Shown: positions 7,701 to 14,170 of the stretch, piece after piece
How the letters are laid out: each line of letters starts with the position of its first letter
Position numbering within the stretch: position 1 is the stretch's first letter
Source of the DNA: Candidatus Eiseniibacteriota bacterium
GTDB taxonomy: Bacteria > Eisenbacteria > RBG-16-71-46
NCBI GenBank assembly: GCA_031364845.1
Contig: JANLWX010000014.1
Coordinates: 1-18,126 of the forward strand
DNA length: 18,126 nt
Reading direction: 5' to 3'
Notes under the pieces: generated by a model
What the model was told of the DNA's origin: nothing
The model's database searches: none
What the model saw: only the letters and a program-made list of their open reading frames with translations
Program-made: the position numbers and the translations under genes

Positions 7701-8024
7701 AGTCGAGATCGCCGCCGGCGCAGCGACCACCCCGCGCCCACCCACGGGCCAGCCCGGCACCAGCGTGCCTTGCCGCGTCAGGTGCTGCGAATAGAGCGCG
7801 TACGGCGACGGACCCGCATCGACCCAGAACGCATGGAGCTCCCCGTTGGGACCGGTGAGTCCGACCGGAGACAATTGCTGGGTCGGGCCCGTTGCCAGCC
7901 GAACTCCCGAAGCGGGCCAGTCGGCGCGCGCGAGCGGCACCGCGAATGCGATGCTCGAGGCGATGGTTACGACCAGCTTCCACGCGTTCGATCGGGTCAT
8001 TGGATTCGCTCTGGCGGGAGTCAT
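4725..8024 (-). CDS. secreted/surface protein, 1099 aa: signal peptide, repeat (beta-propeller-like) domain, right-handed parallel beta-helix, C-terminal FlgD-Ig/T9SS-like sorting domain
   Basis: AGGGGA RBS 9 nt before ATG 8024. Signal peptide ends PLARA-D. About 8 DGxGGA-hhhW-xD-xR repeats. VTVPDDFATIQLAID...VRTGTYPE is a beta-helix cap, followed by repeated 'IxxNxI/V' coils. The C-terminus reads PNPGFG..IRFTL...VELNVVDLQGRRVASL...AGAHSVEW...GIYFVAY. Confidence 0.9.
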   Translation of the reverse strand: MTPARANPMTRSNAWKLVVTIASSIAFAVPLARADWPASGVRLATGPTQQLSPVGLTGPNGELHAFWVDAGPSPYALYSQHLTRQGTLVPGWPVGGRGVVAAPAAISTPKLILDGAGGAILAWYDYRASGVSRGIYAIRVDSEASIASGWVASGTPICTTSTPLGTGPLNDLTAVCSDGAGGAFVAWTDARNTPVMGTLVYDVFAHHVRFDGSLDPSWPVAGRGLTTGPGYKYPHALIADGSGGFWLASENSNATSLIAATHHGSDGTETSRWASPSFASRVIGASDETGGIFLAWRDCRDCGSGSDAIYAIRLGPTAAPRPGWPVGGVAIGASPGDDDLPVIVATGDGAAMIAWLVPGGALDAYVARRIEADGTFASAWQSGGRTFATSRDILSGWPLIAPDGDGGAMFAFRRNTPNLFGSRVNALAQVPAAFPDTGLSLCSLSGNQFPVSLVSDGVDGAYLLWQDHRDFVPNRSDVYAMHFTREGELGAGPINSSRVTVPDDFATIQLAIDSGADTVDVRTGTYPERLEVGQSLVLRGLPGSGQRPRANGLVTTSLNDLGQLRVRDFAFDGAVELRRAGYGNALVEIESCTLDSGLVQTDRFEFWDYAHVDIYRSRILGWVRTIATNFVVCDSDTFLTGGIRVAGDNPTMSVRDCRFEGTGYSAISQDDGGAMNVQTSEIIGSYEHGILADAGTILDAVENRITGCSSIGVLGHGSIRSNVVASCGIGINCYEGSVESNVVRDCGTGISGVARNVSDNLIVGSVTNGLRVQASRDVVIERNVVGRSGQDGIRVDFSGSNADASIVANTVFRNQGHGIHLVSTAWPQVVTKNIAFQNVGYGLSADTLDVPTTCNNWFGNGTGATRGMPSGASDLALDPLFCDVDADSVSLAEDSPLLDAPGCGLIGARGQGCASTPTLLTMFTAEREADGVRVRWSLAAGSLMADVRIERADAATGPWTIVVISSVTQGDALAGIDRSARAEQEYWYRLTSREGGEAVVISESVHVLKIVPYRFELTRVAPNPGFGPLMIRFTLAHEAVVELNVVDLQGRRVASLVNGTRSAGAHSVEWPGPLTAPGIYFVAYRFPGGDLVERIVRLR
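6560..7925 (-). repeat. about 8 degenerate intragenic protein repeats (~55-65 aa), probable propeller blades
   Basis: GPNGELHAFWVD, DGAGGAILAWYDYR, DGAGGAFVAWTDAR, DGSGGFWLASE, DETGGIFLAWRDCR, TGDGAAMIAWL, DGDGGAMFAFRR and DGVDGAYLLWQDHR. Most are preceded by a WPxxG-like motif (WPASG, WPVGG, WVASG, WPVAG, WPVGG, WQSGG, FPDTG). Confidence 0.8.
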
Positions 8025-8145
8025 TGAGCATGTTCCCCTGCTGGTCGAAGAGTCTACACCCGGCCGTTCACTTCTCCGTGAGATTCTGAATGGACTGTCG
8101 CATCCGGCTCAATCTCGCGATGGATCGGATCGAAGCACACGATGC

Positions 8146-8183
8146 GGGCCTGGCGGAACGGGGACACCTGTTCCGCCAGGCCC
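8146..8183. terminator. strong hairpin 13 nt downstream of the hydrolase stop (terminator without U-tract, or 3' stabiliser)
   Basis: GGGCCTGGCGGAAC (8146-8159) and GTTCCGCCAGGCCC (8170-8183) form a perfect 14-bp inverted repeat. No U-tract on the minus strand. Confidence 0.6.
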
Positions 8184-8196
8184 TTCGCGTCGAGAC

Positions 8197-9480
8197 TCAG
8201 GCTGCGTGCCGGTGCCGCCTGCCCGCCCGCGACACCAACTCGCGGAACTCGTTCATCAACTCCCCGGCGCTGAACGTGCAGTGTCCGTAGCGCTCGACTC
8301 GGTGCTGGACGAGCATCGGCCCTGCCGCGACCTGAGCCAGCAGATCCTCGTGGAACGCCGGCACCACCGGATCCCGTGACGTGTGGAGCGAGGTCACAGG
8401 AATGCGGAACCGGCCGCGCGGTTCGCCGAACCGCGCGAGGAAGGTTGCGGCTTCCGGCGAGACCGCATAACGCGCCACGCGTGCGTTCACATCGGCCACC
8501 AATGCGGGCGGCAGAGCCGCCGACGTGTATTGCCAGCCGGTGTTGTCGAAATACGACTGTCCCTGCGTGCGCTCGAACAAGTCAGCGCCACCCTGCATCG
8601 AGAATCCGAGCACGGTGATCAGCGAGTTGACGACTTCCTGCGTGCTGGCTCCGGGCAGCGATCGGCGCGCGAGGGCTTGTATGACTCCGACACCCTGAGG
8701 ATTCTGCTGGATCGCCGCCAGCACCGGCTGGACCACCTGAAGGTTGATGTTCGTGATGACGGGCGGATGTTCGAGGCCGCCCTGCAGCACGTTGGGATAG
8801 ACCGTGTCGAACAGGACCCGGATGTCTCCGATGTACTGAACTTCATCGTCACTGCCGCCGACGATGCCACACACGAGCAAGCTGCCGTCGTAGTCCTCCG
8901 GATGACGCTGGGACAGGATCATGCCGATGAGACCGCCCAGCGACTGGCCGAAGAGATAGGTGTGCCGGGGCCGGCCGCACCGGGACGCGAAGTTCTCGTC
9001 CAGTCTGCGCGAGTCCTGCACACCTTCACGAACGGCGTAGCCGTTGCTCGAATAACTCGATGCCGTGACCGCGAAGCCCAACGCCAGCAGCGAATCCCGA
9101 ATCGCCGCGTTGTTCGGCAGCGCAACGGGGTCCTGCGGATTCGTATAGCCATGCAGGTAGACGACCAGATCGCCATTCCAGCGCGCCGGGGTGTCGATCA
9201 CCCACAAGGCACCCGAGCTGGACACGCCTTCGATGTGGCGCGGACCCCGAATCCGCCTGCCGTCCGTCGAGGGCACCCCCTCGCGCGGATCCAGCAACGC
9301 AGGATTGGTGAGGGACGCCGTGGCGGGATTCGTGGCGAACGCATCGGGACCCGTGATGTTCTTGCCGCAGCCCGACGCAACGAACTGCACCAGGAGGATT
9401 GATACGGATGCCACGCCTCGCAGTCGTGAGCAGGCATGCAACCACGACGCGTACGGAACGCTTGAGAGCTTCGGGCACAT
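8197..9480 (-). CDS. exported alpha/beta-fold serine hydrolase (esterase/peptidase S9-like), probable lipoprotein, 427 aa
   Basis: Strong RBS GAGGAGG before ATG 9480. A hydrophobic stretch ends in lipobox-like VASG-C. Motifs: LVVYLHGY, YLFGQSLGG (Ser), RDPVVP (Asp), YGHC (His). Confidence 0.87.
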   Translation of the reverse strand: MCPKLSSVPYASWLHACSRLRGVASVSILLVQFVASGCGKNITGPDAFATNPATASLTNPALLDPREGVPSTDGRRIRGPRHIEGVSSSGALWVIDTPARWNGDLVVYLHGYTNPQDPVALPNNAAIRDSLLALGFAVTASSYSSNGYAVREGVQDSRRLDENFASRCGRPRHTYLFGQSLGGLIGMILSQRHPEDYDGSLLVCGIVGGSDDEVQYIGDIRVLFDTVYPNVLQGGLEHPPVITNINLQVVQPVLAAIQQNPQGVGVIQALARRSLPGASTQEVVNSLITVLGFSMQGGADLFERTQGQSYFDNTGWQYTSAALPPALVADVNARVARYAVSPEAATFLARFGEPRGRFRIPVTSLHTSRDPVVPAFHEDLLAQVAAGPMLVQHRVERYGHCTFSAGELMNEFRELVSRAGRRHRHAA

Positions 9481-9815
9481 GAGCGACCTCCTCGAGTGCT
9501 CGCGGAGGACGGCGCGTCACAATGATGCGAACCCGCCGCGAGGTCGCCTTGGCGACGCGTCTCCCTAGAGCAGGCGACGTGCCCGAGCATCGGGCCGCTT
9601 GGGTCCTTCACTGCATCACATGAGTATCGCTTGCACTCGCATCGACTTGCGTGACGACGGCATCGCCGAACCGCCGGCGAGTCGCGATGCCGGGACGCTC
9701 TTCGAGGCGCCGGAACTCCGCGATCGTGGAGCGCGGCTGTCGATCACGAGAGTTGAATTGATGCTTCGGATCGACCACGTCCCAGAGTTCACGATCGCGT
9801 GCGCCGCTTCCGCAT

Positions 9816-9857
9816 TGAACCCGGCCGGAGCGACGGGGATCGATCCGGCCGGGTTCA
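9816..9857. terminator. strong hairpin about 25 nt downstream of the 592-aa gene stop (terminator without U-tract, or 3' stabiliser)
   Basis: TGAACCCGGCCGGA (9816-9829) and TCCGGCCGGGTTCA (9844-9857) form a perfect 14-bp inverted repeat. No U-tract on the minus strand. Confidence 0.6.
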
Positions 9858-9881
9858 GGCACGATCTAGCCCTGGAAGGTC

Positions 9882-11660
9882 CTAGTTCAAGCGCACCACT
9901 CGCTGGACGTCACGGCCACCCGGGTAGCGATACTCCACGAAGAACACACCCGACGCATCCGACGGCGCAGCCCACTCGACCGTGTGCGTTCCGGCTGCGG
10001 CCGTACCCCGAACAACCGTCGCGACCTGGCGGCCCTGAAGATCCAGCACGTCGACTTCGACAGCCGCCTCGCGCGGCAGCATGAAGCGGATGATCATCGG
10101 ACCGAAGCCGGGATTCGGAGTCACGCGAGCCAGTTCGAACCGGCCCGAATTCGCCGCCGGAACCGCGATGGGTGCGCCGATCACCACGGATCTTCCCCCC
10201 TCGCGCGCGACGAGCCGGTACCAGAGTTCGCGACCACGTAAGGCACTGCGATCGAGTCCGTCGTGTCCGCCCCCGTCGCTGATGCCGTCGACGGCAATCC
10301 GGGCCCACGGACCCGAGATCGACTCCGAGCGTTCGACCCACACGTCCGCGAAGCGCGCAGGTTCCGCGAGTTGCCATCGCAACCGCACTCCGTCTGGTTC
10401 GCGATCCGCGCTGAACAATGACACCAAGGTCGGAGTGGACGCGCAGCCCATGCCTCGTGCCCCGATCAACCCGCAGCCCGGCGCGAAGAGCAGCGGTGAG
10501 TCCTCGGCAAGGCTGACCGAGTCCTGATCGACATCGCAGAACAGAGGATCGACCGCGAGATCGGTGGGCGACGGAGGCCTGCCGGACACCGCACCCAATT
10601 GATTTTCGAACCAGTCGTTGCAGGCCAGCATCGTATCGGCGAGTCCGATTTCGAGCAGGCCGTAACCCTGGTTGCGGTAGGCGATGTTGTTCCGGACCGC
10701 GGTCGTCGATCCTGAAGCAACGCGGACGATGGCAAAGCCGGCGGAGACATTGTCATAGCTCGTGTTGTTGTGGATCGAGTGATTTCCTGAAAGCAACTGC
10801 ACATACAATCCGTAGCGACCGGACCTCGCGATGACGTTGCACTCGATGCGCGTGTCGGCGCCTTCATCCTCGAATATGCGAATGCCGTCGCCGCCACAAT
10901 CCATGATGCGATTGTCGACGACTTGCACAATCCCGCTGGCGTTGATGCCGGCGGCGCACCGTTCGACGACGTTGCCTTCGATATGGACGGGACGATCCTG
11001 AGTACCCACGGTGATCGCCGATCCGTAGTCGCGAATGGTGTTCCGATTGACCTCGACCGCCACATCGCCGCTTGCGGTGACGGCGGCAAGAGCAGGGGAA
11101 CCTGAAAAGGTGCTGTTGTAGACGTGCATCACGCCATCCTGTTCGAGCGCAATGCTGCCTTGATCGAACCAGCATGAGTCCGCATAGATCCCGACGTCGC
11201 TGTTCGCCAGCACGCGGCCCGTGATGCGGCAGCCCACGAGCCTGACCGATCGGGGGTCTCCGTCGATGATCGTCGTGAGGCCCGCCTCGAGACGGCAATC
11301 CCGAAACACAAGATTCGCCTTCGCCACCGTGCGGATCAGCCCCGTGAAACGCAGGTTGGCGAAGGTGGCGACTCCTCCGGAACTCGTATTCGCCAGCAGT
11401 CGCCGGATCGAGGGGCGCGAAAGCGAATCACCCAGTCCGATCACCATCAGTCCATCGCCGAGGTTATAAGCCACCAACGAGTCCGTGACGACACCCGGCC
11501 GCACGAAGATCGTGTCCACCGTGCCGAACGGCGGATCGTCGATCGCGGCCTGGATGGTCGCGAAGTCGTCGGGAACCGTGACGGTCATCGCACGGGCACG
11601 CGGCGCGAGGCCGGGCAGGGCGACCGCAATCATCAAGAGGAGCCAGCGGGAACGGGGCAT
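9882..11660 (-). CDS. secreted right-handed parallel beta-helix protein with C-terminal FlgD-Ig/T9SS-like domain, 592 aa; paralogue of the C-terminal half of 4725..8024
   Basis: GGAGG RBS, signal peptide ending PRARA-M, VTVPDDFATIQAAID cap, beta-helix coils, DPLFCDVDQDSVSLAEDSPLL..GCGLIGARG.GC, and a C-terminal PNPGFG...DLQGRQVA...GVFFVEY domain. Confidence 0.9.
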   Translation of the reverse strand: MPRSRWLLLMIAVALPGLAPRARAMTVTVPDDFATIQAAIDDPPFGTVDTIFVRPGVVTDSLVAYNLGDGLMVIGLGDSLSRPSIRRLLANTSSGGVATFANLRFTGLIRTVAKANLVFRDCRLEAGLTTIIDGDPRSVRLVGCRITGRVLANSDVGIYADSCWFDQGSIALEQDGVMHVYNSTFSGSPALAAVTASGDVAVEVNRNTIRDYGSAITVGTQDRPVHIEGNVVERCAAGINASGIVQVVDNRIMDCGGDGIRIFEDEGADTRIECNVIARSGRYGLYVQLLSGNHSIHNNTSYDNVSAGFAIVRVASGSTTAVRNNIAYRNQGYGLLEIGLADTMLACNDWFENQLGAVSGRPPSPTDLAVDPLFCDVDQDSVSLAEDSPLLFAPGCGLIGARGMGCASTPTLVSLFSADREPDGVRLRWQLAEPARFADVWVERSESISGPWARIAVDGISDGGGHDGLDRSALRGRELWYRLVAREGGRSVVIGAPIAVPAANSGRFELARVTPNPGFGPMIIRFMLPREAAVEVDVLDLQGRQVATVVRGTAAAGTHTVEWAAPSDASGVFFVEYRYPGGRDVQRVVRLN

Positions 11661-11748
11661 GATTCGAGCCTCCAGAGTGAGCTTCCTTCAAACCGCCGGT
11701 CGGGGTGACCCTAACGCATTGGCGGCTCTGGAGGCGGACTTTCGTCCG
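11661..11748 (-). promoter_or_regulatory. structured 5' leader sequestering the RBS (candidate cis-regulatory RNA)
   Basis: A perfect 10-bp inverted repeat (11668-11677 / 11726-11735) has one arm containing the GGAGG RBS. Nested stems CCGCC/GGCGG and GGTC/GACC, plus an adjacent CGGAC-GAAA-GTCCG GNRA hairpin (11735-11748). Confidence 0.45.
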
Positions 11749-11771
11749 GCCAAGCGGTTCAACATCGCCGG

Positions 11772-14105
11772 CTATGCGCCGCGCAGCACCGATCGGATCT
11801 CGTCGTAGGCGGGCGGGAACAACGACGCCTGATCGGGATCCGCGAACAGCGCGGCGAAGTCTTCGGGCGTGAACGCGCGGGCGAGCCTCTGGGCGTAGTT
11901 GGCTCGGAGCACGCGAACGTAGTGCTCGACCTCGTAGTTGCGCAGGTCGGGCCTGCCATCGGTGGTTCGTTCGCTCGCGAGGCCGGCGGATCCCTCGCGG
12001 GTCCGAAACACTCGTACCCGGTCTCCGCGCCGCCACTCGTTTCGCCCCGCCGCGAGCATCGCTTCGTACGAGTGTTCTCGCCGGGACTCGCGCGAAGCCA
12101 GATACTGCGCCCGCGACTTGGTCAATCGCACGCGCGACGACACGTCAAACGTCGAATACTCCCGCCGCCGAAGTGCCGCGACCGTGTCGACGTACGCCTG
12201 CCGCACACCGGCGATGTCTCCCGCCAGCAGTCGTCCAACCGCGCGGCGAAGGAATGCTTCACCGAACGGCTCCGCCCGGCTCGATCGAAACGCCACTCCG
12301 CGCAGCGTGAGCGTGCCGTCGTAACCGAGCAGCGCGTAGTTCTTGGGCTCGTGCGACAGCATCGCGGCGTAGCGGCCTTCGAACTCCAATTGCACGAGCG
12401 GCGGAAGCAACGTTCCGACTTCCGCGACGACGCGCCGTTCGTCGGCCTCGGTCCAACCCGGCGGGGCGGCGAAGTAGATGCCGTCAGTGTCGGCTTCCAG
12501 GCGAATCACGCCACGCGCCTGCAACTCGCGGCACATCAGGTCGAGTGTCTCGCGCCCGCGCCGTGTGACTTCGTTCGCCGCATGGACGTCGGCGAATCGC
12601 GTGAGTCCGCCGGCGGCGAGATAGCCGTAGGCAGTGTTCACGACCAGCTTCATTGCGGCGGACATCGCCTCGTGCGTGTGCCGTTCGGCCGAGCCCGCGG
12701 GTGCCGCTCGCGCCGCGGCTTTAGCCGCGAGGCGCCGCTCGACCAGGCCGTCGACCAGCGCGAGCAACACGCCGAGCCGGTCGCGACTCGGCCCGATGCG
12801 ATGCGTGCGCATCAACGACGGATAGAGGCTCGCGACGTCGGCCTTCACCACGCGTCGCGCAACGCCGGTCGCAAACAGGTGCAGCGCCGCACCGCTGTGG
12901 GTCGTGCCATCGCCGCTCTCGTGCGCGGGCAGCGCGTGGCCCGCGCGCAGATAGGTTCGCACCAGGAGCGGATCGATCACGCCGGTCGCAGCGCCCGCGT
13001 CGGCCAGACGCTCGTAGCGTCGCGGCGCCAGTTGCGCGAGAGCGTAAGCCGCACCACCGAGCAGGCGCGCGAGTGCGGCGACTTCGATCACATCGGCGGT
13101 GGCGTAGCGCCGGACGCGTTCGGGGTCGGTGCGGTAGGTCGCGTGGACGAGATCGCCGCGAATCATCTCCCGATCCGGCGGTGCGATGCCGAAGTGCCGC
13201 GCGACCGCCTTCAATCCGTGCCCCGGCAATTCACGGATCGCGAAGTCGTAGCGCCGGACCGCATCGAGCGTGTCGATGCACTCCCGCCCCGGCAACACGT
13301 AGCGCGTCTGATCACGGCGCGATGCCCGCGCGCGCATGCCCAGCGATGGAATCCGCCCGAGACCGAGCCGAACGCCGAGCATGCGCGCGCGGCGTTCGAG
13401 AAACGGCAGATCGAAACCGTGCAGGTTGTGGTTTTCGATCACGTCGGGATCGGACGCGGTCACCGTCGCCACCAGCCTTCGTATGAGGTCGGCCTCCCCC
13501 GCGTTGTCCTCGCTCGCCGACTCGAGCACTTCCTCAGCACCCGAAGGGTGCCGCACTACAATCATGAAGATTCGGTTCGTTTCGGGCTCCAAACCGGTCG
13601 TCTCGAGGTCGAACTGCATGCGATGGAGTTGATCGAAGGCGAGGTCGCGAAAGTACGTGCGACCGGTCGTGACCAGGTACTGCTCCTCGGGCGGCAGCGA
13701 CAGCACCAATGACTTGCCGAGGTCGCGCACGTGGCCCAGCGTGCGTCCGAGCCGGCGCGAAGCGCCCTTCAAGACGGCCTGCGCCAGCGTCCGCGGGTCC
13801 GCGGAGCTCACGAGGAATCGGAGCTGGCCCGGGCCTTCGAGTTCCCGGTACGTGACGATCGCGTTGGAATGGTCGGTCTCGGGCGCCAACTCGCTCCCGA
13901 GATGCGAGAGGTCGTCGAGCCGATCGAGCAACAGCCACGGACGAAACCGAGCCTCTTCGCGGACGAGGTCACCCGACTCCGGAAGGCGACGCCAGATGAT
14001 CGCCTGCCCCGACGGCTGCGCCCACACCGAGACGATGCCGGGCGTGGGATCCCAGCCCCATAGCCATTCGAGCGGGATCGGAGCGGGTTCGGGGGTGGTG
14101 TGCAT
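11772..14105 (-). CDS. polB: family B DNA polymerase with 3'-5' exonuclease domain (Pol II-like); start at 14105 or 14135
   Basis: ExoI FDLETTG, ExoII HNLHGFDLPFL, ExoIII YATADV. Polymerase motif A ADVASLYPS, motif B KLVVNTAYG, motif C EADTDG, then KNYA. C-terminal QASLF clamp-binding motif. Confidence 0.93.
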   Translation of the reverse strand: MHTTPEPAPIPLEWLWGWDPTPGIVSVWAQPSGQAIIWRRLPESGDLVREEARFRPWLLLDRLDDLSHLGSELAPETDHSNAIVTYRELEGPGQLRFLVSSADPRTLAQAVLKGASRRLGRTLGHVRDLGKSLVLSLPPEEQYLVTTGRTYFRDLAFDQLHRMQFDLETTGLEPETNRIFMIVVRHPSGAEEVLESASEDNAGEADLIRRLVATVTASDPDVIENHNLHGFDLPFLERRARMLGVRLGLGRIPSLGMRARASRRDQTRYVLPGRECIDTLDAVRRYDFAIRELPGHGLKAVARHFGIAPPDREMIRGDLVHATYRTDPERVRRYATADVIEVAALARLLGGAAYALAQLAPRRYERLADAGAATGVIDPLLVRTYLRAGHALPAHESGDGTTHSGAALHLFATGVARRVVKADVASLYPSLMRTHRIGPSRDRLGVLLALVDGLVERRLAAKAAARAAPAGSAERHTHEAMSAAMKLVVNTAYGYLAAGGLTRFADVHAANEVTRRGRETLDLMCRELQARGVIRLEADTDGIYFAAPPGWTEADERRVVAEVGTLLPPLVQLEFEGRYAAMLSHEPKNYALLGYDGTLTLRGVAFRSSRAEPFGEAFLRRAVGRLLAGDIAGVRQAYVDTVAALRRREYSTFDVSSRVRLTKSRAQYLASRESRREHSYEAMLAAGRNEWRRGDRVRVFRTREGSAGLASERTTDGRPDLRNYEVEHYVRVLRANYAQRLARAFTPEDFAALFADPDQASLFPPAYDEIRSVLRGA

Positions 14106-14133
14106 GAGGGTGAATCTAGCGGTACGCCGGCAC

Positions 14134-14151
14134 ATGGACCACCGTGTCCAT
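14134..14151. promoter_or_regulatory. palindrome ATGGAC-N6-GTCCAT upstream of polB, candidate operator
   Basis: Perfect 6-bp arms at 14134-14139 and 14146-14151, over the expected -35 zone of a TAGATT -10-like hexamer (14118-14113). Confidence 0.3.
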
Positions 14152-14170
14152 CGACCGGCCCCGCCGACCG

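Noticed and set aside
7165..8031. 288-aa minus-strand ORF starting 7 nt upstream of the 1099-aa gene
   Set aside because: Out-of-frame overlap, low-complexity Arg-rich sequence, and too close to the RBS (2 nt); spacing fits ATG 8024.
9608..9862. 84-aa minus-strand ORF in the intergenic gap
   Set aside because: It starts across the 14-bp hairpin and has no recognisable features.
4725..11660. Diversity-generating retroelement TR/VR pair or CRISPR array explaining the repeated DNA
   Set aside because: Both copies are inside intact paralogous CDSs, differences are mostly synonymous rather than adenine-specific, and there is no reverse transcriptase or regularly spaced repeat array.
11661..11760. 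Resemblance of the leader to glycine or c-di-GMP-I riboswitches or a hammerhead ribozyme (GGACGAAA, ACUCUGGAG)
   Set aside because: Only short word matches; the required cores (CUCUCAGG/CCGAAG, GCAAA, CUGANGA) are absent.
11772..14135. Prophage, pipolin or casposon origin of polB
   Set aside because: No integrase, Cas1, structural genes or terminal repeats nearby; the clamp motif and neighbours suggest a chromosomal gene.
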